The notes under the pieces: model-generated
The model's database searches: none
Told to the model about the DNA's origin: nothing
What the model saw: the letters and a program-made list of their open reading frames with translations, nothing else
Position numbers and translations under genes: made by a program
Source of the DNA: Candidatus Geohabitans tengchongensis
Lineage (GTDB): Bacteria; Sysuimicrobiota; Sysuimicrobiia; Sysuimicrobiales; Humicultoraceae
Length of the DNA: 48,860 bases
Assembly (NCBI GenBank): GCA_031459625.1
Contig: JAVKIH010000003.1
Span: forward strand, 1 to 48,860
Direction of reading: 5' to 3'
Part shown: in pieces, positions 1 to 8,154 of the stretch
Numbering within the stretch: the stretch's first letter is position 1
Layout: each line of letters begins with the position of its first letter

Positions 1-138
1 TTTCACAACAAAACTCGCCGCCTGAGATCAGGGGACGAAGGAAAAGTCAGTGCTGATGCGGGTTTCAAAGGATGCGAGGTCTCAGGCAAAGGTACCTCGA
101 GGTCGGTTTCTGTCAAACATGGGCTAGGCTGAACGCGT

Positions 139-166
139 GGCGGGCGGCCGGGTGCGGCCGCCCGCC
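139..166 (-). terminator. Perfect 12-bp GC hairpin downstream of fbp (terminator-like, no clear U tract)
   Basis: GGCGGGCGGCCG (139-150), loop GGTG, CGGCCGCCCGCC (155-166); 27 bp past the fbp stop. Confidence 0.55.
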
Positions 167-193
167 GTCACATCGCCGCCAGGGACGCGGGCC

Positions 194-1363
194 TCAGTCG
201 GGGTCCTCCACCTCCACACCCGCCGGGCTGCCCACCGGGGCGGTTTCGGGGGCGCCCCGGCCGTCCCGCACCGTGAACTCCTGGTCCAGCCGCCGCAGCC
301 GGGAGACGATCCCGCCGTACTCCAGCTCGGAGTAGGGGAGCATGGCCGGCTCGAAGAAGCCCTGCCGGCGCATCTCGATGGCCTTCGCCGCCACCCGGTC
401 CCGGACGTGCTGCCAGAAGGGGTCGGCGAAGAGGTCGGAGGGGCCGGTGAGGATCCCGTCGTGCACCGAGAACCCCAGCGCCGAGACCATGGGCACGCAG
501 AAGAAGGTCGAGGCCGGGGTGTTCATCGGCACCGGCATGAGCGGGAGGTTGTGGCTGCCGCGCGTGTCCCCGCCCACGAAGGGGGCCACGGCGAAGGCCG
601 GGCCGAACTCCTCGGTGGCCGGGAAGATCTTCTGGACGCGGACCACCGCCGGCGGATCGTCCTTGCCCACGTAGCGGCCGGCGATGTTGCGCAGCCGGGT
701 GGTGCCCACGGCGGCGGCCTGCTCGTTCGGGTACTTGCGCGACCAGATCGACTCGATGGCGTAGCGGTTGGTGTCGCGCAGCAGCGCCGCGATGTCGTAG
801 AGCCGCTCGGGGGCGTCCAGCACGATGATGCGGTCCCCCGCGGTGTGGTCCATGTCCATGATGTGGAAGCGGAAGCCGTCGTGCAGCCCCTCGCTCAGCA
901 GGAGCCCCGGGGAGTACATCGGGTCGGCGAAGGCCAGGTAGAGGGGGAGGTTGAACGCCCCCGGCCCGCACTTGTCCCCCAGCAGCACCATGAACGCCTC
1001 GTTGGGGCGCTCCTCGAACTCGATCTCGGCGCTGCCCGGCCCCATGCCGCGGACGTTCCCAGAGAAGGCCTCGCGCAGCAGGTCCTGCCCCGCGCCGTAG
1101 AGGCCCTGCCGCTTCGCCTGCTCCGTGGTCTCGATGAAGATGTCCCAGGCCAGCCGGTGGACGTCGGCGTCGTCCACGCCGCGGGTGTGGGTCATGATCA
1201 GGGCGACGTCGTCGCCCGTGTGGCAGACGAACCCATCGATGAGCAGGGAGCCCTTCGCCCGGGCCACCCGCTCCCGGGCCATGGCCAGGACGTCCGGGCT
1301 CGGCACCGTGTGGCCGCCGATGGCCCCAACGTCCGCCTTGATCACACTGACCGTGATCCGCAT
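194..1363 (-). CDS. fbp: Bifunctional fructose-1,6-bisphosphate aldolase/phosphatase (class V FBPase)
   Basis: Motifs IKADVG..GGH, GDDVAL, GLYGAGQDLL, YVGKDDP (Schiff-base Lys), RGSH, MLPxxELEY; ATG at 1363 with AAAGGAGG SD; ORF-track extension to 1687 is spurious. Confidence 0.93.
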   Translation of the reverse strand: MRITVSVIKADVGAIGGHTVPSPDVLAMARERVARAKGSLLIDGFVCHTGDDVALIMTHTRGVDDADVHRLAWDIFIETTEQAKRQGLYGAGQDLLREAFSGNVRGMGPGSAEIEFEERPNEAFMVLLGDKCGPGAFNLPLYLAFADPMYSPGLLLSEGLHDGFRFHIMDMDHTAGDRIIVLDAPERLYDIAALLRDTNRYAIESIWSRKYPNEQAAAVGTTRLRNIAGRYVGKDDPPAVVRVQKIFPATEEFGPAFAVAPFVGGDTRGSHNLPLMPVPMNTPASTFFCVPMVSALGFSVHDGILTGPSDLFADPFWQHVRDRVAAKAIEMRRQGFFEPAMLPYSELEYGGIVSRLRRLDQEFTVRDGRGAPETAPVGSPAGVEVEDPD

Positions 1364-1427
1364 AGCGGGCCTCCTTTCGCCGCTTTCGCCGCTTCGGGCC
1401 GGCACCGTGGGACGTGCTGCACCGATC

Positions 1428-1433
1428 ATTCTA
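1428..1433 (-). promoter_or_regulatory. Possible sigma70 -10 (TAGAAT) for fbp
   Basis: Minus strand reads GGTAGAATGA about 65 nt upstream of the fbp ATG; no clear -35. Confidence 0.35.
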
Positions 1434-1603
1434 CCCCCGTGGGCCGGGCCCCGGCCATGCCGGCGCAGCAAGCCGCGGCGCGGTGGCCGCCTGAGCAGGC
1501 GGGGCGCAGGACGGCCGGGCGGGGGCGGGCGGGGCCGGCCGCGGCGCGTTGGGGGATCCCCTGCAAAGGAAATGCTTCCACAGGGGTCGAAGAGCAGGGC
1601 GAG

Positions 1604-1990
1604 ATGGCGCAGGGACGGCTGCGCGTCAACCGACTGACGCTGGCCCGGGAGGCCGGGCGGGTGCGGGTGGACGTCGAGCTGGCCCACGACGACCGCACCC
1701 TCGTGGGCTCGGCCGAGGCCGCCCCCGGGGCGGCGATCCGGGCGGCCGCCGCCGCCACGACCTCGGCCCTCAGCGCCCTGCTGCCGCAGCCGTGGCGCCT
1801 GCGCCTGGACGAGGCGGTCACCCAGCCCATCGCCCAGCGCCAGGCGGTGATCGTCCAGCTCCGCCTGGGCGGTGAGGAGGTGGAGGAGCGACTGGTCGGC
1901 AGCGCCGTGGCCGACCGCATCCCGGAGGAGGCGGCGGTCCGGGCGGTGCTCAACGCCGCGGAACGCCGCGCGACGCGCCTGATCTCATGA
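1604..1990 (+). CDS. Hypothetical protein (128 aa, alpha/beta), first gene before parA
   Basis: ATG at 1604 in the frame of ORF 137..1990; strong GC3 bias; ends LVGSA..EEAAVRAVLNAAERR; the upstream part of the tracked ORF is antisense shadow of fbp. Confidence 0.75.
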   Translation: MAQGRLRVNRLTLAREAGRVRVDVELAHDDRTLVGSAEAAPGAAIRAAAAATTSALSALLPQPWRLRLDEAVTQPIAQRQAVIVQLRLGGEEVEERLVGSAVADRIPEEAAVRAVLNAAERRATRLIS

Positions 1991-2056
1991 TGGCGCCCCG
2001 ACGCGGGGCGCCCGGCCGGTAACCGGTTCGCCCGACGCCCCTCGGTCCCTCCACGG

Positions 2057-2920
2057 ATGGCGCCGGAGGATCCGGGGAGCGGGACGGTCCGGAGACCGGC
2101 TGCGACGGAGGATCGATTGCACCCCACGTACCGGGTCATCGCGCTGGTCAACCAGAAGGGCGGCTGCGGGAAGACCACCTCGGCCGTCAACCTGAGCGCC
2201 TCGCTGGCCCTCGCGGGCCGGAAGAGCCTCCTCGTCGACCTCGACCCCCAGGCCAACGCCACGGTGAGCGTGGGGGTCGACCCCGCCGCCCTGCCCCAGA
2301 CCATCTACCACGTCCTGATCAACGAGGAGGTGGCCCTGCGGGAGATCCTCACGCCCACGCGGGTGGAGGGGCTGTGGCTCGCCCCCGCCTCCATCGACCT
2401 GGCGGCCGCCGAGCTGGAGCTGGCGGCGCGCATCGGCCGGGAGAACGCCCTGCGCAAGAAGCTCCTCCCGGTGGTGGAGGAGTTCACCTACGTCATCCTG
2501 GACACGCCGCCGTCGCTCGGGTTGCTCACCCTCAACGCGCTGGTGGCCTGCGACGCGGTGATCATCCCCATCCAGACCCACTACTACGCGCTGCTGGGGA
2601 TGCGGCAGCTCCTGCGTACCCTCAAGATGGTGCGGGACGAGGTGGGCCACCAGGTGGAGATCCTGGGCGTGCTCCCGACGATGTACGACGCGCGGACGAA
2701 CATCAGCAAGGAGATCCTCCAGGGGATCCGCGACTTCTTCGAGGGCAAGGTCTTCGAGACGACGATCCACTTCAACATCAAGCTGGTCGAGTCCTCGATG
2801 GCCGGCGTCCCGCTCTTCGTGCACGAGCCGGAGTCCCGCGGGGCCAAGGAGTACATGGCGCTGGCCCGGGAGGTCATGGCCCGGGAGACCTCCGAGACGG
2901 TGGCGGGGGCCTCCCGGTGA
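2057..2920 (+). CDS. parA: ParA/Soj-family ATPase (orphan, no parB adjacent)
   Basis: Deviant Walker A NQKGGCGKTT, DLDPQANAT, Walker B ILDTPPS, MYDART. Confidence 0.92.
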   Translation: MAPEDPGSGTVRRPAATEDRLHPTYRVIALVNQKGGCGKTTSAVNLSASLALAGRKSLLVDLDPQANATVSVGVDPAALPQTIYHVLINEEVALREILTPTRVEGLWLAPASIDLAAAELELAARIGRENALRKKLLPVVEEFTYVILDTPPSLGLLTLNALVACDAVIIPIQTHYYALLGMRQLLRTLKMVRDEVGHQVEILGVLPTMYDARTNISKEILQGIRDFFEGKVFETTIHFNIKLVESSMAGVPLFVHEPESRGAKEYMALAREVMARETSETVAGASR

Positions 2921-2949
2921 CGGCGGTGGACGGCGAAGGAGGTGGCCGG

Positions 2950-3324
2950 GTGAAGCGGCGAGAGGAGCTGCGCCGGGGGGTCCGGGACCTGATCCAGGAC
3001 GCCTCGCGCGAGCTGGACGCCATGGAGGGGCAGGCGCCTGCGCCGGCGGCGGCGGACGCGCGGCCGATCCTGCGGCTGGTGCGCGATCCCTCCCCGGGGG
3101 GCCCGACCGAGGGGGCGGGCGACCTGCCGGTCGAGGCCCCGACCCTCCTGCCGCGCAAGGGGGTCTGCGCGGCCTATTTCATCAACCGCCGCTGCTGGGA
3201 GGTCCCGGACGCGTTCTGCAACACCGCCCTCCAGGTCTGCATGCTGCGCGAGTGCCCCGTCTACCACCTGCACCGGGAGGAACTGGAACGGCGTTTCGCC
3301 GGAAAGTACGCGCACTTCTGGTAG
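2950..3324 (+). CDS. Small Cys-rich hypothetical protein (124 aa), putative ParA partner
   Basis: GTG at 2950 after strong SD GAAGGAGGTGG (alternative GTG 2917 overlaps the parA stop); N-term KRREELRRGVRDLI; C-term C-x8-C-x7-C-x6-C-x4-C. Confidence 0.8.
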   Translation: MKRREELRRGVRDLIQDASRELDAMEGQAPAPAAADARPILRLVRDPSPGGPTEGAGDLPVEAPTLLPRKGVCAAYFINRRCWEVPDAFCNTALQVCMLRECPVYHLHREELERRFAGKYAHFW

Positions 3325-3498
3325 CGTCCCCAGGGAAGGTCGTCCCTGCTGTTTACCCCCCGTTAAGCCCGGGAAAAAACCCTCTCCGGCACGTCATCCG
3401 TAGTGCACCTTGAGCACGACCTCGGGCCGCGGCTCGCCGGCGGGCCGGCTGGTCTTCGATCGGCTCGCCCGTGGGCCGGCCTCCGAAGGGAGGTCGCC

Positions 3499-4743
3499 AT
3501 GCCACATCGCGCCGTTGTCGTGATCCTGACCCTCCTCCTGCTCGGGGGGAGCCTCAGCGCCCCGACCGGCGCGCAGGATGCCCCGATCCGGGTCTTCGTC
3601 GACGGGGGGCGCGTCCGGTTCGACCAGCCTCCGGTGGTGCGTGGGGGGCGGGTCCTGGTCCCGCTACGCGGGGTCTTCGAGCGCCTGGGCGCCAGCGTCG
3701 ACTGGGAGGCCGCCACCCAGACGGTCCTGGCGGTGCGCGGCGGCACCGTGGTGGAGCTGCAGATCGGCAGCCGCCAGGCCCGGGTGAACGACCGGGTCGT
3801 CCTGCTGGACGTCCCCGCCCGCATCATCGGGGCGCGCACCCTCGTCCCCCTGCGCTTCGTCAGCGAGGCGCTCGGCGCCACGGTGCAGTGGCAGGAGGCC
3901 ACCCGCACGGTGCTGATCTACACCGGCGCGGCCGCCCCGCCTCCCGGACCGGCGCCCGCCCCCGCCCCCGCGCCCACCGCGGCCGCCATGGTGAGCGGCA
4001 CGGTGGTCCAGCTCCGCACCGGGGACAACCCCGTGATCCTGGTGGACCAGGGGACGACCCTGGTGCGGGTGGCGGTCACCCCGGACACGGCCATCACCCG
4101 GGTGAACGTCGCCACCAACACCGGCGGCTCGGTGAGCCTGAACCAGCTCCGCCTGGGCGACCACGTCGAGGTGACGCTGGGGCCGCGGAACCAGGCCCTC
4201 CGCGTGCGGGCGACGTTCCGCACCGTGGTGGGGCGCCTCGACGCCGTGGCGGGCGGTGGCCGCACGCTGCTGCTGCGCGACGGCCAGGCCTACTGGGTGG
4301 CCGACGAGCACCTGGAGGTGCTGATCAACGGCCGCGAGGGGACGGTGGCCGCCCTGCGCCCCGGCATGGTGGTGACGTTGCGCCTCAACCCGCAGACCAA
4401 CCTGGTCTACGGCATCACCGCCGAGACGGTGGTGGGCGAGGAGCCGCCCGCCCGGCCGGCGCGGCCGGTGATCACGCAGCCGGAGGCGGGGGCCGCGATT
4501 AGCAGCCCGGTGGAGGTGCGCGGGCGGGCGCCCGGCGCCGCCCGCGTGGTCGTCACCCTGGACGCCCTGCTGGGCGTCCGGCTGGCCACCGGCGAGGCCC
4601 AGGTCGGCCCGAACGGCGGGTTCGTCGTGCGGCTGACCTATCAGCCCCTCTTCGCCGGGTGGCCGTACGTGATCACCGTCACCGCCGTCACCCCGGCCGG
4701 GATCGAGTCGGACGCCGCCACGGTCCAGGTCCGCCAGCGCTAA
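3499..4743 (+). CDS. Secreted protein with copper amine oxidase N-terminal-like (stalk) domain, beta-rich repeats and C-terminal Ig-like region
   Basis: Signal peptide-like N-term; GRVLVPLRGVFE.LGA.V.W and RTLVPLRFVSEALGATVQW signature; PA linker; AGGGAGGT SD. Confidence 0.82.
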   Translation: MPHRAVVVILTLLLLGGSLSAPTGAQDAPIRVFVDGGRVRFDQPPVVRGGRVLVPLRGVFERLGASVDWEAATQTVLAVRGGTVVELQIGSRQARVNDRVVLLDVPARIIGARTLVPLRFVSEALGATVQWQEATRTVLIYTGAAAPPPGPAPAPAPAPTAAAMVSGTVVQLRTGDNPVILVDQGTTLVRVAVTPDTAITRVNVATNTGGSVSLNQLRLGDHVEVTLGPRNQALRVRATFRTVVGRLDAVAGGGRTLLLRDGQAYWVADEHLEVLINGREGTVAALRPGMVVTLRLNPQTNLVYGITAETVVGEEPPARPARPVITQPEAGAAISSPVEVRGRAPGAARVVVTLDALLGVRLATGEAQVGPNGGFVVRLTYQPLFAGWPYVITVTAVTPAGIESDAATVQVRQR

Positions 4744-4748
4744 CGGAC

Positions 4749-4779
4749 GGCCGGCGGCTGCGGGAGGCGGCCGCCGGCC
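4749..4779 (+). terminator. 13-bp GC hairpin after stalk-domain gene
   Basis: GGCCGGCGGCTGC / GGGAG / GCGGCCGCCGGCC, one G-U pair, 5 bp after TAA; no U tract. Confidence 0.45.
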
Positions 4780-4905
4780 CCCCCCGGCTGGCGCCCGAGC
4801 CCTCGTCAGGCGGCCGACGCCGGGCGCTGCGCGACCGGGACGCTGCGCTATAGTGGAGCGGAGCGCTGCCCGCAGGGGGCGTTGGCCGGGGCAGCGGGTG
4901 CTCTC

Positions 4906-6225
4906 ATGTCCCGACCGGTCGTGGCCTCACCGCCGTGCGTCGCCATCGAGGCGCTGCCCCGCCACGTGGGGGCGGAGGTGGAGGTGCGCGGCTGGCTCCA
5001 CCAGCGGCGCAGCAGCGGCCGCATCCACTTCCTGGTCGTGCGGGACGGCACCGGGTTCGTCCAGGTGGTCCTCTCCCGCGCGGACCTGGACGCCGAGACC
5101 TTCACCCGGGCCGACCACCTCCCCCAGGAGAGCAGCCTGATCGTGCGCGGCGTGGTCCGCGCGGATGCGCGCGCGCCGGGCGGGGTGGAGGTGGCGGGCC
5201 GCAGCCTGACGGTCGTCCACGGGGCCGAGCCGTACCCGATCACCCCCAAGGCGCACGGCATCGAGTTCCTGATGGACCACCGCCACCTCTGGCTGCGCAG
5301 CCAGCGGCAGCACGCCATCATGCGCGTGCGGGCCGAGGTACTGCGGGCGGCCACCGCCTACCTGGAGGCGGCTGGCTACCTGCGCACCGACGCGCCCATC
5401 CTGACGCCGGCGGCGGTCGAGGGGACGACGACGCTCTTCGCCACCCCGTACTTCGACCTGGGGGAGGCCTACCTGACCCAGTCCGGCCAGCTCTACCTGG
5501 AAGCCACCGCCATGGCCTTCGGGCGGGTCTACGCGCTGGGGCCCACCTTCCGGGCGGAGCGCAGCAAGACCCGCCGCCACCTCACCGAGTTCTGGATGCT
5601 CGAACCGGAGGCCGCCTTCGCCGACCTGGAGGAGATCATGGCCCTGGCGGAGGGGCTGGTCTGTGCGGTGGTGGCGCAGGTGGTGGAGCACCGGCGGGCA
5701 GAGCTGCTGACCCTCGGGCGAGACCTCGAGGCGCTGCGGCGGGTGCAGCCGCCCTTCCCGCGCCTCAGCTACGACGAGGCGCTGGCCCGCCTGGCGGCGG
5801 CCGGCAAGCCGGTGCCCTGGGGCGAGGACCTCGGCGGCGACGAGGAGACGGTGCTGGCGCAACAGTTCGACCGTCCGGTCTTCGTCCACCGCTACCCGGC
5901 CCGGGCGAAGGCCTTCTACATGCAGCCCGACCCGGCCCGCCCCGAGGTCGTCCTCTCCATGGACCTGCTGGCCCCCGAAGGGTACGGGGAGATCATCGGT
6001 GGGGGCCAGCGCATCCACGACCTCGACCTGCTGGAGCGGCGCCTGGAGGAGCACCGCCTGCCCCGCGCGGCCTACGCCTGGTACCTGGACCTGCGCCGCT
6101 ACGGGTCCGTCCCGCACGCCGGCTTCGGGCTGGGGGTCGAGCGCACGGTGGCCTGGATCTGCGGGCTGGAGCACGTGCGCGAGGCCATCCCCTTCCCACG
6201 CACCATCACCCGGCTGTACCCCTGA
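4906..6225 (+). CDS. asnS: Asparagine--tRNA ligase
   Basis: OB-fold start GWLH..R.SG.I.FL..RDGTG; YLTQSGQLYLEA; FRAERSKTRRHLTEFWMLEPE; GEIIGGGQR; PHAGFGLGVER; TATAGT -10 at 4849-4854. Confidence 0.93.
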   Translation: MSRPVVASPPCVAIEALPRHVGAEVEVRGWLHQRRSSGRIHFLVVRDGTGFVQVVLSRADLDAETFTRADHLPQESSLIVRGVVRADARAPGGVEVAGRSLTVVHGAEPYPITPKAHGIEFLMDHRHLWLRSQRQHAIMRVRAEVLRAATAYLEAAGYLRTDAPILTPAAVEGTTTLFATPYFDLGEAYLTQSGQLYLEATAMAFGRVYALGPTFRAERSKTRRHLTEFWMLEPEAAFADLEEIMALAEGLVCAVVAQVVEHRRAELLTLGRDLEALRRVQPPFPRLSYDEALARLAAAGKPVPWGEDLGGDEETVLAQQFDRPVFVHRYPARAKAFYMQPDPARPEVVLSMDLLAPEGYGEIIGGGQRIHDLDLLERRLEEHRLPRAAYAWYLDLRRYGSVPHAGFGLGVERTVAWICGLEHVREAIPFPRTITRLYP

Positions 6226-6240
6226 GTCGCGTCGCCGCGT

Positions 6241-6270
6241 TTGCCTTGGCGGCGGCCGCTGTGGTATAGT
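6241..6270 (+). promoter_or_regulatory. Sigma70 promoter of the rimP-nusA-infB operon
   Basis: TTGCCT (6241-6246), 18 bp spacer, extended -10 TG-G-TATAGT (6262-6270). Confidence 0.7.
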
Positions 6271-6313
6271 CGTCCTGTCTTGTGGGGCGCGGTCCGAGCC
6301 GCGCTCCGGCCTG

Positions 6314-6341
6314 GAGTGGGCGGCGACCCGCTCTTTTTTTT
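6314..6341 (+). terminator. Intrinsic terminator/attenuator in rimP leader
   Basis: GAGTGGG-CGGCGA-CCCGCTC followed by T8, between promoter and rimP start. Confidence 0.78.
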
Positions 6342-6368
6342 GAGCCGGGACCGCCCGAGGAGACGGCG

Positions 6369-6890
6369 ATGGCCCGGGAACGCATCGCAGCCCAGGTGGA
6401 GGCGCTGGCGCGGCCCATCGCCGCGCGCTTCGGCCTGGAGGTGGCCGACGTCGAACTCGTGGGCGAGGGGCCCCGGTCGGTGCTGCGCGTGCTGGTCGAG
6501 GGACCCCACGGCGTGACCGTGGAGGACTGCGCGCGGGTCTCGGAGGCGCTCTCCCGCCAGCTGGACCTGCACGACCCGATCCCGCACGCCTACACCCTGG
6601 AGGTGGCCTCGCCCGGGCTCGACCGGCCCCTGCGGCGGGACCGCGACTTCCAGCGCTTCGCCGGATCGCTGGTGGAGGTGCGGACCGTGGCCCCGGTGGA
6701 GGGGCAGCGCACCTTCCGGGGGCGCCTGCTGGGCCTGGTGGAGGGGCAGGTGGTGGTGCGGGTGGGGGAGCGCACTGTGCGCATCCCGCGCGCGCAGGTG
6801 AGCCAGGCCCGGCTGGTGGTGGACGAGGCCGCCATCAAGGCGTTGCTGGGCGAGGAGAAGCAGGGAGGCGCAGGCAGGCATGAACGGTGA
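6369..6890 (+). CDS. rimP: Ribosome maturation factor RimP
   Basis: DCARVS, YTLEVASPGLDRPL; GAGGAG SD; precedes nusA. Confidence 0.93.
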   Translation: MARERIAAQVEALARPIAARFGLEVADVELVGEGPRSVLRVLVEGPHGVTVEDCARVSEALSRQLDLHDPIPHAYTLEVASPGLDRPLRRDRDFQRFAGSLVEVRTVAPVEGQRTFRGRLLGLVEGQVVVRVGERTVRIPRAQVSQARLVVDEAAIKALLGEEKQGGAGRHER

Positions 6891-8139
6891 GCTGTTGCGC
6901 GCGCTGGAGGCGCTGGAAGAGGAAAAGGGCATCGGCCGCGACGTGATGTTCGAGGCGGTGGAGGCGGCCCTGCTCTCCGCGTACAAGAAGAACTTCAGCG
7001 GGGCGGCGGCCCAGAACGTCCGGATCGAAGTGGACCGGCAGACGGGCGACATGCACGTCTACCAGGTGCGCACCGTCGTCGAGCAGGTCACCGACCCCAC
7101 GACCGAGATCGCCTTGGCCGAGGTGCAGCAGTACGACCCCACGGCACAGGTGGGCGACATGGTCGAGCTGGAGGTCACGCCGAAGGACTTCGGCCGCATC
7201 GCCGCCCAGACGTTCCGGCAGGTCGTCCTGCAGCGCCTGCGCGAGGCGGAGCGGGAGCTGGTCTACAAGGAGTTCCGCGACCGCGAGGGGGACATCGTCA
7301 CCGGCGTCGTCCACCGCATCGAGCGCAAGAACGTCTACCTGGACCTGGGCCGCATCGAGGCGGTGCTGCCCCCGCCCGAGCAGATCCCGCGGGAGTCCTA
7401 CCGGCAGGGGGAGCGGGTGAAGGCCTACGTCGTCGAGGTGCGCCAGGGGACGCGCGGGCCGCAGATCGTCGTCTCCCGCACCCACCCAGGGCTGCTGAAG
7501 CGCCTCTTCGAGCTCGAGGTGCCGGAGATCTACGAGGGGATCGTGGAGATCAAGGCCATCGCCCGGGAGGCGGGGGCCCGCAGCAAGATCGCCGTGGCCT
7601 CGCGGGACAAGAACGTCGACGCGGTCGGCGCCTGTGTGGGGCCCAAGGGCTCCCGGGTGCAGGCCATCGTCGACGAGCTGCGCGGGGAGAAGATCGACAT
7701 CATCCCCTGGCACCCCGAGGCCTCCGCGTTCGTGGCCGCCGCGCTCAGCCCGGCCAAGGTCGTGCGGGTGGACGTGACCGAGGAGACGAAGACGGCGCTG
7801 GTCATCGTCCCGGACCACCAGCTCTCCCTGGCCATCGGCCGGGAGGGGCAGAACGCCCGCCTGGCCGCCAAGCTCACCGGGTGGCGGATCGACATCAAGA
7901 GCGAGACGCAGCTGAAGGAGATCGAGGCGGCCAAGATCTTCGCCGACCTGCCGCCGGAGGAGCCGCAGCCGGCCCCCGCCGGGGCGCCGGGCCAGGCCCC
8001 GGCGGGCGGGACGGCACCGTCCGCGCAGGTCCCGGCGGGTGAGGAGGGCGCGGGCGTGGCGCCGGGGGACGGCGAGGCGCGCCCGCGGGCGGAGGAGGCG
8101 GTGCCCCAGGCGGTAGGGCGGCCGGAGGGCGCCGACTAG
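6880..8139 (+). CDS. nusA: Transcription termination/antitermination factor NusA
   Basis: FGRIAAQT, LFELEVPEI, REAGARSK, GACVG.KGSR, SLAIGREGQNARLAAKLTGW. Confidence 0.96.
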   Translation: MNGELLRALEALEEEKGIGRDVMFEAVEAALLSAYKKNFSGAAAQNVRIEVDRQTGDMHVYQVRTVVEQVTDPTTEIALAEVQQYDPTAQVGDMVELEVTPKDFGRIAAQTFRQVVLQRLREAERELVYKEFRDREGDIVTGVVHRIERKNVYLDLGRIEAVLPPPEQIPRESYRQGERVKAYVVEVRQGTRGPQIVVSRTHPGLLKRLFELEVPEIYEGIVEIKAIAREAGARSKIAVASRDKNVDAVGACVGPKGSRVQAIVDELRGEKIDIIPWHPEASAFVAAALSPAKVVRVDVTEETKTALVIVPDHQLSLAIGREGQNARLAAKLTGWRIDIKSETQLKEIEAAKIFADLPPEEPQPAPAGAPGQAPAGGTAPSAQVPAGEEGAGVAPGDGEARPRAEEAVPQAVGRPEGAD

Positions 8140-8154
8140 GCGACCGGGAGCGGG

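Noticed and set aside
1..14. TTTCAC..AAAC resembling a parS site near parA
   Set aside because: Only a half-match to TGTTTCACGTGAAACA, non-palindromic and truncated by the window edge.
28..110. GGGACG and GGCAAA words suggesting a c-di-GMP-I riboswitch
   Set aside because: Elements are in the wrong order and there is no downstream co-oriented gene.
4780..4905. T-box leader before asnS
   Set aside because: Leader after the -10 is only about 50 nt; no T-box motif or terminator.
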